Positions 1 to 9,386 of a stretch of DNA of 32,000 bases are shown piece after piece. How positions within the stretch are numbered: the stretch's first letter is position 1; each line of letters opens with the position of its first letter. The position numbers and the translations under genes are program-made. Below the pieces are notes generated by a model, which ran no database searches, was not told where the DNA came from, and saw only the letters and a list, made by a program, of their open reading frames with translations. This DNA comes from Candidatus Heimdallarchaeota archaeon (GTDB lineage Archaea; Asgardarchaeota; Heimdallarchaeia; JABLTI01): the NCBI GenBank assembly GCA_030614005.1, contig JAUWKS010000016.1, positions 27,560 through 59,559 of the forward strand, read 5' to 3'.

Positions 1-2
1 GA

Positions 3-653
3 ATAATTGTCATTGGACTTACAGCTGTGCAACCTGAAACACTATCGTACACAGATTTATTGGTAAAATTCTTTGATTTCCGCGGAATAATTTTTCTAAG
101 TGTGTTCCTTGGTTTAGCGATTATTTTATACTTAATTAGTGAAAAAATAACTAAAAATTTTTCAGTTATTTTCTTAACTATATCCTCCTCTATTTGGACT
201 GCAACTTCTTTTCTTTTTTATAAAGCAATAGCTTCAGCAGTTAGAGATCTAGGAATTATCGCAGCATTTTTCGGGGAAGGTTGGCTTTATACTTGGTCTT
301 TCATTGGATTAATCGCACTTGTAAGTTCGATTGGTCTAGTAATGTTGAATATTGCTTATCAAAATGGTCAATGTGTTATTGTTGTTCCTATTTGGTCTTC
401 TCTTCAAGTTGTATTACCAATTCTTGCAGGTATTATCATATTCACGGAATGGATAAATTTCTCAACAAACACCATTATTTGGCAAACAATTGGTATAATT
501 GTGATGTTAGTTTCGTTAATTATCCTATCAATTAGCAATGGAAAAAAGGAAGACACTTGCGCCTTATTACAAAAAAATAGCAAGAATATAGATGAATCAA
601 TTGAATCAGCAACACCAAATCCAATTTTAGAAGAATCATTAGACCAAAATTGA
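3..653 (+). CDS. DMT-superfamily (NIPA/Mg2+ transporter-like) membrane protein, 5'-truncated
   Basis: Frame is open from position 3 (IIVIGLTAVQPE...), so the gene starts before the window. Multiple TM helices; NIAYQNG..VIVVPI...LQVVLPILAGIIIFTE is typical of DMT/NIPA. Confidence 0.7.
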   Translation: MIVIGLTAVQPETLSYTDLLVKFFDFRGIIFLSVFLGLAIILYLISEKITKNFSVIFLTISSSIWTATSFLFYKAIASAVRDLGIIAAFFGEGWLYTWSFIGLIALVSSIGLVMLNIAYQNGQCVIVVPIWSSLQVVLPILAGIIIFTEWINFSTNTIIWQTIGIIVMLVSLIILSISNGKKEDTCALLQKNSKNIDESIESATPNPILEESLDQN

Positions 654-733
654 ATATCAGTTGTTAATAACAAATAGCAAATATTAAATGGTCTAATGGG
701 TAATTATTGTTACTAATACAAATGTGATGTAGC

Positions 734-1603
734 ATGGAAAAAGGATCACTTCGTTGGGCTTCAAGTGATGGAGCCTTTTTGTTTCAAGTGCCATATGAGG
801 AAACAATGTTTTCTCTTGAAACAAGCATCCTCTTATCAAGTTGCCTCTATGCTATCTCAATTTTCTTGGAAAAAGGCGATCTCTCTTTTGGAGGTGAGAG
901 ACTTTCAATTATCCGATTGAATTTTCATCCACCTATACCAGAGGATGGAGAAGAATCTTCTGATGAGGAAAATGAAGAAGGATATGTTATTCATAGCACA
1001 TACAAAAGTGGTTTTGGTTTTCAAAGTATATTTCATACAAGTGAAATTACCAATGAGCTTAGTGAATTTGAGAAAGCTTTTCTGGAATCAGTAGTAAATC
1101 ATGTTCTGGATACTTTAGATAAAGCAGGATTTCATGTTTCAGATATTCCCTTCTTGCAAGATAATGTGGTAATTAATGACGTTGAACAAATGCTTCAAGA
1201 AATTGATACAAAATATAAATCTCTTGCAGCAAGTTGGGCGCTTGCAGCCGACTCTAATTGTGAAGATAATCGTTATGATTTTTCTAATGTATATTATCAT
1301 GGTAAAATTAATGTGAAAGATCTTTTCTATGATTTGGCTGAGCATGCTGATGAATCAATAGATGAGCTATTACTGAGCAAAGAAGGTAAAATGACTCTCT
1401 TCAGAATTGCTAAGAGTTTAGTCGGGCTATCAGGTCTTTTGTATAGCGATGATAATTCTGAAAAGATTAGTGATGAAGAGCTTAATTTTGCTCATTCTGA
1501 AATTATTTTGGAAACTTCTCAAAGTAAGAGATTGTTCAGGTTAGATGTTCGAGCTTATAACATTGTCGAAGAGCAATATTGTGATATTACTATTATGGGT
1601 TAA
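734..1603 (+). CDS. Hypothetical protein, possible N-terminal longin/roadblock-like domain
   Basis: 289-aa ORF. ILLSSCLYAISIF..G..L..IRL resembles the LLS(G/S)xLxAIxxF helix of Asgard longin-like proteins; acidic loop EDGEESSDEENEE. Confidence 0.45.
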   Translation: MEKGSLRWASSDGAFLFQVPYEETMFSLETSILLSSCLYAISIFLEKGDLSFGGERLSIIRLNFHPPIPEDGEESSDEENEEGYVIHSTYKSGFGFQSIFHTSEITNELSEFEKAFLESVVNHVLDTLDKAGFHVSDIPFLQDNVVINDVEQMLQEIDTKYKSLAASWALAADSNCEDNRYDFSNVYYHGKINVKDLFYDLAEHADESIDELLLSKEGKMTLFRIAKSLVGLSGLLYSDDNSEKISDEELNFAHSEIILETSQSKRLFRLDVRAYNIVEEQYCDITIMG

Positions 1604-1623
1604 TTCATTGCCTATTTTTTCTG

Positions 1624-2526
1624 TCATGACCGCATATAATCGAACAGATACAATTGAGCTAAACCGGCCCATTTCCCATACCTGCTAACCATCTTTTCTC
1701 TGCATTCTTCAAGAGATTTTTCTTTTCCTCTGAAAAACATTTTACTAATCCCTCTTTGAATCCAGATATCTGTTGGTGGAGCATCTATTTTACCCAACCC
1801 ATAAAGAAGAAACATATCAGCAACTTTTGGACCTATTCCACGGAGTTTTATGAGCATTTTCTTACTCTCATCAGTAGGAATATCATAGAATTTTTCAAGC
1901 CTTACTTGATAATTAGCTATTTCTTCAGTTGTAGTAATTATATAATCTTCACGATACCCCAGACGAGCTTCTTTTAAGAGGTGCTTATTTCGATACAACG
2001 TTTTTGGGTTAGGAAAAGAATACACCATAAAATGATCTGTAGGAAACTTTTCTCCTGCTAATTCTTTTATTTTCCTAATTTGGGCATTGAATTTCCAGAC
2101 AGAGTTATTTTGAGTCATAATTGAACAAATGAGGCTCTCGAATAAATCATGTGCTCGAGTTAAACGTAATCCTTGCCTATCTTTAAACGCTTTAGCCAGA
2201 GGATCACTCTTGAATTCTTCGTAGAACTGTAGTAAATTCATATCTAAACCAAAGATAGTTCGAAGATACTTTTTCATAACTTTTACATCATTCTCACTTA
2301 AAGATCCATATGGATCTGAAAGCTCAGCTTGTACTTTTGTTTTCTTCTGTCCTATTCGGCAAACAATCGTCTTATTTGTTCCTGGAACTTTTATCACAAG
2401 ATAGTATTTCTCTAATTTATCGCTCACAGGAATCGGAAATGAACTATGTCCTGATTCCATTGTTCTCTTTAGATCAATTGGTCCTTTTGTAGGTAAATTA
2501 AGAGGAATCCATTCACTCATTGCCAT
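1624..2526 (-). CDS. ogg: 8-oxoguanine DNA glycosylase, OGG1-type (HhH-GPD superfamily)
   Basis: HhH LRGIGPKVAD with the catalytic Lys; downstream PTD Asp; ICSIMTQNNS and RLGYR motifs; N-terminal OGG_N-like region. Confidence 0.8.
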   Translation of the reverse strand: MAMSEWIPLNLPTKGPIDLKRTMESGHSSFPIPVSDKLEKYYLVIKVPGTNKTIVCRIGQKKTKVQAELSDPYGSLSENDVKVMKKYLRTIFGLDMNLLQFYEEFKSDPLAKAFKDRQGLRLTRAHDLFESLICSIMTQNNSVWKFNAQIRKIKELAGEKFPTDHFMVYSFPNPKTLYRNKHLLKEARLGYREDYIITTTEEIANYQVRLEKFYDIPTDESKKMLIKLRGIGPKVADMFLLYGLGKIDAPPTDIWIQRGISKMFFRGKEKSLEECREKMVSRYGKWAGLAQLYLFDYMRS

Positions 2527-2619
2527 TTGTATTTAACCTTCTAAGCTCTTATCTCAACAGAGATTTATTCTGCCAAAAAAATCTTTTGTCCCGTTATCAA
2601 AATGAATTTTAACTTTGAA

Positions 2620-3714
2620 TTATTGACGAGAACTTGATATTGCGTTGCGAACTTTTTCTTCATATTTGAAGAAGGCTTCTTGTATTTTTCCAAGGAATTC
2701 GCCACTTTCTTTGAACTTCTCAGAGGAGTAATCCCTGGCACTTACAGCAAAAGCCATCATTCTTGTTGCTGTATAAACTTCATAAAAGAATATCCTATTT
2801 CCAATGTCAGGTAATTTAACCTTTGAATAATAGGTATTGTAAAAATGGTGTCTGTAACTATCCAGCTCAGGATATAATGAGAAAAAGAACAAGGTCCATC
2901 CAGCATCTAAAGCAGGGTCGCCTAAACGTGAATATTCCCAATCAATCAAGCCGGTTACTTTTGCGCCTTTGACCATAATATTTCTCGGTTGTGGATCACC
3001 ATGAAGAAGAGAGAATCTATCCAATTTGAGTTGCTTCTTGAAAGACATAAACCATTTACCAAGCGGATCGACATAATATCCTGCCTTCCTTAAGAAATTC
3101 AGAGAGCGATTAATATCATTCAAAATATATTTATCGTAAGGAATTTCTTCTTTAATGATTCCTTTTGGTGTTTCCATACCGTAATTCTTGAAACGGTAAT
3201 TATGTAGATTAACCAGATATTGCACAAATCCCGTTATTACTTTTTCAAAATCTGCTGGGGTGTATGTTTTGATAGCTTGCTCAAGTGTTACACCGGGAAT
3301 TCGTTCAATGATTGAAAATGGATAACCCAATATTTTTGAGTCTACTTCTAAGATATAGGGTTTGGGAACGGGTATTGGTGCTCCTTGTAATCGACCCAAT
3401 TTATTAAATTCTCTTTGAGGTTTTAATGAATCATGTTTTTCAGGGTAAATTCTTAGTACTACACTCTTTCTTATTTCTTGTCCCGAAAGAATAAACTTGA
3501 TCTCAAAGAAAAATACTTTATTTGACATTCCAGTTTGAATTCGTTCAGGGGTATCTATGGAAATTAATTGTGAATTCTTTGGAATAAGTAACCATATCTT
3601 ACCTGACTCTATAAGGTAATTCTTTAATCTTTGTTGGATTTCAACGACAGGTAATAATGGTTTCATAATCCTCGTTTTCCTGAGTAATATCTTTTGTAAA
3701 TTGTCAATAAACAA
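2620..3714 (-). CDS. Aminoglycoside phosphotransferase/choline kinase-like phosphotransferase
   Basis: VLRIYP, REF, PVPKP, LHGDPQPRNIMV (Brenner motif), LIDWE, GDPALD. The ATG at 3666 (MKPLL) may be the true start. Confidence 0.85.
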   Translation of the reverse strand: MFIDNLQKILLRKTRIMKPLLPVVEIQQRLKNYLIESGKIWLLIPKNSQLISIDTPERIQTGMSNKVFFFEIKFILSGQEIRKSVVLRIYPEKHDSLKPQREFNKLGRLQGAPIPVPKPYILEVDSKILGYPFSIIERIPGVTLEQAIKTYTPADFEKVITGFVQYLVNLHNYRFKNYGMETPKGIIKEEIPYDKYILNDINRSLNFLRKAGYYVDPLGKWFMSFKKQLKLDRFSLLHGDPQPRNIMVKGAKVTGLIDWEYSRLGDPALDAGWTLFFFSLYPELDSYRHHFYNTYYSKVKLPDIGNRIFFYEVYTATRMMAFAVSARDYSSEKFKESGEFLGKIQEAFFKYEEKVRNAISSSRQ

Positions 3715-3793
3715 ATTTTGATTTGCAGAATAATTCTTCTTCTTACATTTATTTTATACTTGTTATTTGAAGTTTAGGGTGAGTGAAAAAACT

Positions 3794-4687
3794 CTAAAGA
3801 GCATCAAATAACTTGAAAATAACATTAGCAGCTGTTTTTGAAGTAATATTATTAACATCTAATTGAGGGTTAACTTCTACGACTTCTAAACAACGAATTT
3901 TTTTAGCTAGTTTAGTAGTAATTTCAAAAAGCTCTCGTGTAGATATCCCACCAGGTTCAGGTACACTAACTCCCGGGGCAAAGGCAGGATCAAGAACATC
4001 AATATCTAAAGAAACATAGAGGTTTTTATGCTTCCCCAAAATTTCTTCAATGAAATTATTCCTTTTTGAATCATCTTTGACATCTGAGGCAGAGAGTATT
4101 TTCATCTTATTTTGTTTTACAAACTCGACTTCTTCCCAACCAAGGTTATGCCCGTGAGGACCTATGAAATAAACGTTTTCAGGTAGTATTAATTTCTGAT
4201 CTATAATTCTTTTTAACACTGTCGCTCGAGAATGCTTATTTCCTTTCGGAAACTCATTCATCAAATCAAGATGAGCATCTATCCAAACAATTGCATCTAA
4301 TTTTTGATTACTAATAGCAAATCCCTTTGTAGTTCCTAAGGCAATTGAATGATCTCCACCCAAAATTATTGGTATTGCTTTTTTATTAATTATAGTTTTA
4401 ACTCGAGTAGAGAGTTGGTTTTGCATTTCAGCATAAGTAAGGTCTTGATCGATATCACCAAAATCTAAAACATTGAATTGATGAATTGATTGTTCAAGCA
4501 GCCCTTGCCCCGAATAAAACTGGGAGCTTTTACGTATACTCTTGGGTGCAAGAACGGAACCTTCAGTATAAAATTCAATGGTGTTCTCAAAGGGAACACC
4601 AATTATTACAGCATCGACATCAATAGCAGATTCAATTTCTTCAACTAAGAATGTTCCACAGAATTCTTCAGTCATCTTACTCATCAT
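3794..4687 (-). CDS. speB: Agmatinase/ureohydrolase (arginase family)
   Basis: GGDHS, DAHLD, SLDIDVLDPAFAPGVSVPEPGG, VEVNP. Substrate is not certain. Confidence 0.85.
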   Translation of the reverse strand: MMSKMTEEFCGTFLVEEIESAIDVDAVIIGVPFENTIEFYTEGSVLAPKSIRKSSQFYSGQGLLEQSIHQFNVLDFGDIDQDLTYAEMQNQLSTRVKTIINKKAIPIILGGDHSIALGTTKGFAISNQKLDAIVWIDAHLDLMNEFPKGNKHSRATVLKRIIDQKLILPENVYFIGPHGHNLGWEEVEFVKQNKMKILSASDVKDDSKRNNFIEEILGKHKNLYVSLDIDVLDPAFAPGVSVPEPGGISTRELFEITTKLAKKIRCLEVVEVNPQLDVNNITSKTAANVIFKLFDAL

Positions 4688-4855
4688 AAAATTAGTTTTT
4701 TGCTATTTTAATTATTTCTTTGATAATGTATATTATAATACAATCCATTTTTTCTTTTATTACGTAACGAAAGAACTTTTAACCTTATTGTCTCGAACTT
4801 TATATGAGAAAAACAAATCTCCAAAATTGTCTATCTAAACAGAATACGTAGTTGT

Positions 4856-6130
4856 TTGACTATTCATCCCGGTGTGTTTCTGATGGCTAAAGAAGTACCA
4901 AAACAAAAAAAATCTGATATTGGACCAAATTTGAAAGATTTCAGTGGGTTGATCCGAGCGGGTAATATTTTTCTCTCACAATCGAATAGAACTCGGAAAG
5001 CTATGTTAAATCAAAGCGATAAGCTCCTTGAATTTCGTGATTTACTCCTCGAAACCAAAAAGAAAAGAAAAATTGTTCATGTTACAGGTATGGGGCGCTC
5101 AGGCAGAGCAGCGCAATTCTTTGCTGAACTTTTAAAAGATCTTGGCTATCATGTATCAATTATTGGTAAAACCCTTGCGTTACCTGTTTCAATAGATGAT
5201 GTTGTTATAAGTTTTTCAGGTTCAGGAAAAACTACAACCACTGTTGCAAATGTTGGTGTTTGTGTAGATGGTGGGGCTAAAATCGTAACCTTGACGCAAA
5301 ATGAACATTCACGACTTGGCAGGTTAGCAGATATCTGTCTTTTAGTACCAAAAACAAAAAAATTACAGAGAGCAGAAGAGCCACTTGAAATTGAAACAGA
5401 CAAGGGATTTGTTGTAGCTGTTAGCCAAATTCCAGATGATATGAAAAGCTCACTTTCTCCAATGGGTACTTTGTTTGAATTATCAGCTCTATTAGTATCA
5501 ATAGGTATAACTGGAATGTTACATAGTGAAGATGAACCAATTAAAGCATTTCAAAGTACTATGGATTCAGTCATTGATAATGCCGAAAAAGCTGTTCAAA
5601 AAATCATTAAGAAAGAAAAAACACAAGATGAAATTATTAGAGTAATGAAATTTTTCATTGATCTTAGTCCAGCATCCACTAAGAAAGTTTTTTGGGTTGG
5701 TGCGGGTCTCAGTGGTATTGTTGCTTCAATGCATGCTATGAGGTTTCAGCACTTGGGTTACAACATTCATTTACAAGATGATTGGAGATTCAGAAAGAAA
5801 AACGATATCATAGTAGCAATCAGTGGGAGTGGAAGCACTCCATTTACAAATAGTTTCGTTAAAGAAGCTAAGAAAAAAGGTATGGCAACTATTGGATTCA
5901 CTTCTTTAGTTAATTCAGAATTTGGTAAGCATACAGATATCACCGTTAAAGTAACAGGTAGATTGGATCCAGAAAGCTGGTATAATAGATTATCTGAAAA
6001 TAAACCATTTATTGAAACGCAATTTGAATATGCTGCTGCAATAGTAATTGAAAGTATAATTGCCCAATTAGCAATCCATAAAGGAATTACAGAAACAGAA
6101 ATGAAAGGTCGACATGCAAATATCGAATAG
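4856..6130 (+). CDS. Tandem-SIS protein, two 6-phospho-3-hexuloisomerase (PHI/HxlB)-like domains
   Basis: Domain 1: GMGRSG, SFSGSGKT, SPMGTLFE. Domain 2: GAGLSG, AISGSGST, TQFE, C-terminal MKGRHANIE. Likely start is ATG 4883 (MAKEV). Confidence 0.8.
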   Translation: MTIHPGVFLMAKEVPKQKKSDIGPNLKDFSGLIRAGNIFLSQSNRTRKAMLNQSDKLLEFRDLLLETKKKRKIVHVTGMGRSGRAAQFFAELLKDLGYHVSIIGKTLALPVSIDDVVISFSGSGKTTTTVANVGVCVDGGAKIVTLTQNEHSRLGRLADICLLVPKTKKLQRAEEPLEIETDKGFVVAVSQIPDDMKSSLSPMGTLFELSALLVSIGITGMLHSEDEPIKAFQSTMDSVIDNAEKAVQKIIKKEKTQDEIIRVMKFFIDLSPASTKKVFWVGAGLSGIVASMHAMRFQHLGYNIHLQDDWRFRKKNDIIVAISGSGSTPFTNSFVKEAKKKGMATIGFTSLVNSEFGKHTDITVKVTGRLDPESWYNRLSENKPFIETQFEYAAAIVIESIIAQLAIHKGITETEMKGRHANIE

Positions 6131-6175
6131 AAACTAGAAAATAATCACTAATTGCATAATTGACAACACATTTAA

Positions 6176-6610
6176 TTGAGAAAAATTGAAAGAAAAAATA
6201 TTACTACGAGTGTGAGAAAATTGACTGATCGCGAACTAGAAAGTATACGAGAAAAACGCAAAAGAGAATTACTGTCACAATCACTCAAAAAAGATCTTGA
6301 GCAAAAAAAGCAAGATGATGCAGTTCGCAAGCAACAAGAACGAGTGATTCGAGCAACAATTATCATCAATCAATTTTTGGAAATTGATGCACGGGAATAT
6401 ATGGAATGGCTAACCCGAGCTAAACCAGCTGTTGCCCAAACAATAAAAGATACGATTATTTTACTTGCACAAAAGAAAATGCTTCCAAAACCTCTATCAA
6501 AAATTGAGATTAGAAAAATCGAAAGAGAAATTACTGGAGAGGAATCTAAAATAAGAGTTAAAAGAAGAGGTAAAGAAGCAGAAGATTTGAATGAAGTTAT
6601 GAAGGGATAG
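6176..6610 (+). CDS. PDCD5-like DNA-binding protein (divergent)
   Basis: DRELESIREKRKREL...QFLEIDARE....AKPAVAQTIKDTIILLAQ matches the PDCD5 pattern. TTG 6221 is an alternative start. Confidence 0.7.
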   Translation: MRKIERKNITTSVRKLTDRELESIREKRKRELLSQSLKKDLEQKKQDDAVRKQQERVIRATIIINQFLEIDAREYMEWLTRAKPAVAQTIKDTIILLAQKKMLPKPLSKIEIRKIEREITGEESKIRVKRRGKEAEDLNEVMKG

Positions 6611-6651
6611 AACAAATAATCGATGATTAAAAAAAATTGTTCATTCTTTTC

Positions 6652-7599
6652 TTATTCTTTAATTTCGTAAACTATTCGCTCTATTTCTTTTAGTATTCCT
6701 TTAATTGTTGGAGTAGCGGTACCCACACCTTTTCTAGCTTCCGATTCAAAAAGGAAAAGGCCGATATATGCTAATTGTCTTTTTGATTTTCGATTTCTAA
6801 TTGCTTCTATCCAAACAATGTGTTGTTGAGCAGATATCCATCCATATTCATCTCGTTCTTCTAATGATAGACTAATTTTCCATATGAGTGTTGAAATGCT
6901 TTCATGAATAATACCCAACGTTTGTTGAGCGTGTTGATCATTAGAAAAACTGAATATCCCTTCTCCTCTTTTATTATAAATTGCAAATCCTGTACAAGCA
7001 GGGAAAACAGTCATAAATTGTTGGATGATCTTTTGAATAGCATTCTTTTGTTCTTGTGATATGCTAAATTCAGCGGAAGGAAGCTTAATTGTATCGTGAA
7101 TTTTCTGCACGGAAACTTCGACTATTTCTTTCAATTTTTGGTTTTGTTCGAGTCTATCAAGTTGCCCAAGGTAATGTGATATTTCTTTATCTAAATCATC
7201 AATTAAATCATCGGATGTAACAATAAAATCATCTTGTTTCATAGATAACTCCATAGCATAAAGAGCTAAATCACCTGCATGTTCTAGATTTATCTTCAAA
7301 GCTTTTGCAATAATAGTGGGATTAGCTTCAGCCAATTCTTGTATGGTCATATAACCCATTGTAGTTAATGCTTTATTTATTCCTTGAGGAGGATCCCCAT
7401 GAAATTCCTTTTGCACTAAGAGCATATGAGATTTTATTGCAGCCATAAATAACTGCTCTGCAATTGTAATAGTCGAATCGATTACATTCATAATTGTCGG
7501 GGGCAAAATTTCAACAAGATCTGGAATTGAATGATATCCCGCTGATTTTAAACGTTGCAAATATAATTGTTTTAATTCTTGCTCTTTATCAACAGTCAT
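6652..7599 (-). CDS. Protein with two RadA-N-terminal-like HhH repeats and a C-terminal roadblock/profilin-like domain
   Basis: RLKSAGYHSIPDL and KALTTMGYMTIQELAEANPTIIAKALKINLEHA resemble RadA/Rad51 NTD. IQKIIQQFMTVFPACTGFAIYNKRGEGIFS resembles roadblock a1-b1-b2. Confidence 0.6.
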   Translation of the reverse strand: MTVDKEQELKQLYLQRLKSAGYHSIPDLVEILPPTIMNVIDSTITIAEQLFMAAIKSHMLLVQKEFHGDPPQGINKALTTMGYMTIQELAEANPTIIAKALKINLEHAGDLALYAMELSMKQDDFIVTSDDLIDDLDKEISHYLGQLDRLEQNQKLKEIVEVSVQKIHDTIKLPSAEFSISQEQKNAIQKIIQQFMTVFPACTGFAIYNKRGEGIFSFSNDQHAQQTLGIIHESISTLIWKISLSLEERDEYGWISAQQHIVWIEAIRNRKSKRQLAYIGLFLFESEARKGVGTATPTIKGILKEIERIVYEIKE

Positions 7600-7808
7600 T
7601 TGACTCCCAACCTTTAGTGAAGTAATGAAATATTCATACTACAAATTATTTTGTCTATTTTCATTCTTATTGGTTTTGATATAACAATTTTTCAAATAAA
7701 TATTGAAAATAACTTTAGAATGGTAATTTTCCAAGAATAAAATTATAATTAAATGAATCTAAGGCATTATATATTTGAAACAATACTAAACAGTATGGAA
7801 GGTAGCAA

Positions 7809-8585
7809 ATGAATTTGCATTCTGATGATTTCTATAAATTAGATGCCCCTCCGGCAGTAGAAATAAATGTACGATCAAATATTTTCTACACAGAAGAATA
7901 TTCGTACCTCACTAAAGATGAACTTGAGGTTCTTTTCCTATTGGCTACTACAGAAATGTCTGCTGAAGGTATGACAACTTTCTCTTTTTCAGGCATTAAA
8001 AGACAATTGGGAAAGCATCAACAAAAAATCACCAAAGCAATTAATAGATTAGTAACAAAAGGGCTCCTCAGCAAAAACGACACAGGTTATTCTATTTCCC
8101 ACAAGGGCACTTCAGTATTGTCACAGGTTATTAAATTACAAAACACCATAGATATGCATAAAGCAACTGATAGATATCTTGAGCAAAGAATCATTTTTGA
8201 CTCAAATATTTCTCTCGACGAAATTGCTAATCTCCTAGTAGGTAAATGGTTCGGATCTTTTAGATACATTTCTCATACTGAAGGAAAACAACTCATTGTT
8301 CGATGGCAATTAGTTAATACTAAATCATCTGCTACATTGAAACTCTTACCAGATGAGGCAATATTAAACATCATTCCAGATAGTAATGATCTGTTACAAT
8401 TTTCTTATGAACAAGCATTGGAAGATCTTTCACAGCATATTATAACCTTGGTTGCTTCTCTGGGAGTGAAAGCAACAATTGATAGCGAAGGATGGCAAAA
8501 TAGCTCCATCTCAGAAATTGAATATGCACAAAAGTTAACCTCTTGGCTAGGAACATGTAATGCAGCATCTCTTTCTGAAAACTAA
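7809..8585 (+). CDS. Winged-helix DNA-binding protein, putative transcription regulator
   Basis: LTKDELEVLFLL...FSFSGIKRQLGKHQQKITKAINRLVTKGLLSKNDTGYSISHKG is a MarR-like wHTH with wing; C-terminal domain of unknown type. Confidence 0.7.
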   Translation: MNLHSDDFYKLDAPPAVEINVRSNIFYTEEYSYLTKDELEVLFLLATTEMSAEGMTTFSFSGIKRQLGKHQQKITKAINRLVTKGLLSKNDTGYSISHKGTSVLSQVIKLQNTIDMHKATDRYLEQRIIFDSNISLDEIANLLVGKWFGSFRYISHTEGKQLIVRWQLVNTKSSATLKLLPDEAILNIIPDSNDLLQFSYEQALEDLSQHIITLVASLGVKATIDSEGWQNSSISEIEYAQKLTSWLGTCNAASLSEN

Positions 8586-8680
8586 TTCTTCTTGGAAGAG
8601 GCAAGCTATTTTTTCAAGTTATTTTTGACAGTGAATTTGTTATTTATTGATATAAAATAGACATTATAAGACCTAGTCAT

Positions 8681-8730
8681 TTTATATAATGATATTACAA
8701 GTGTAATATAGAATAAAAATAATGTGAGGT
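8681..8730 (+). promoter_or_regulatory. Putative psmB-psmA promoter: TATA box, palindrome and RBS
   Basis: TTTATATA at 8681-8688; ATATTAC-aagt-GTAATAT at 8692-8709; GAGGT at 8726-8730, 7 nt before TTG 8738. Confidence 0.5.
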
Positions 8731-8737
8731 TGAAAAA

Positions 8738-9385
8738 TTGCAACCAACTAAGAATTTCGAAGAACAACTTGCTAAAGGAACAACAACCGTTGGAATAAAA
8801 TGCAAAGATTGTGCAATCCTTGTAGCTGATATGCGAGCAAGCATGGGAACATTAGTTGCCTCAGATCACGCCGAAAAAGTTCATTCATTGAATGAATTTT
8901 CAGCGATAACTATTGCAGGATTAGTATCTGATGCCCAATACATCATAGATATTATGCAAGCACAAATTCGACTCTTTGAGTTGGATCGTAAACGTTTGCC
9001 AAAAACTTCTATGATCGCTAACCTAGTGAAGAACATGCTCTACGGTCAATATCGAGCCTATTTCCCATATTACGTCCAATTAATCATTGGTGGTTGGGAT
9101 AAAACTGGACCACACATCTTTTCATTTGATATGGCAGGATCCCTATCTGAAGATGATTGGTTTTCATCTGGTTCTGGATCACCAGTTGCTTTTGGTGTTT
9201 TAGAAGTATTATACAAAGATGATTTGACCGAAAAAGAAGGGATGAAAGTAGCCCTCAAAGCATTGAAAGCTGCAATAAAACGCGACACTGCAACTGGCGA
9301 TGGTATTCGCGCAGTGGTAATTGATAGCAAAGGATACAGAGAGCTATCAAAACAAGAAGTAATTGAACATGGAGGAGGACTATAA
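8738..9385 (+). CDS. psmB: 20S proteasome beta subunit (catalytically intact)
   Basis: 14-aa propeptide ending in G, then TTTVG. Thr1, Asp17 and Lys33 are present by count; AGLVSDAQ, GSGS, RDTATG. Confidence 0.95.
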   Translation: MQPTKNFEEQLAKGTTTVGIKCKDCAILVADMRASMGTLVASDHAEKVHSLNEFSAITIAGLVSDAQYIIDIMQAQIRLFELDRKRLPKTSMIANLVKNMLYGQYRAYFPYYVQLIIGGWDKTGPHIFSFDMAGSLSEDDWFSSGSGSPVAFGVLEVLYKDDLTEKEGMKVALKALKAAIKRDTATGDGIRAVVIDSKGYRELSKQEVIEHGGGL

Positions 9386-9386
9386 A

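Noticed and set aside
9363-9386. Track start for psmA at 9363
   Set aside because: It overlaps psmB; ATG 9387 has a GGAGG RBS and gives the canonical alpha N-terminus.
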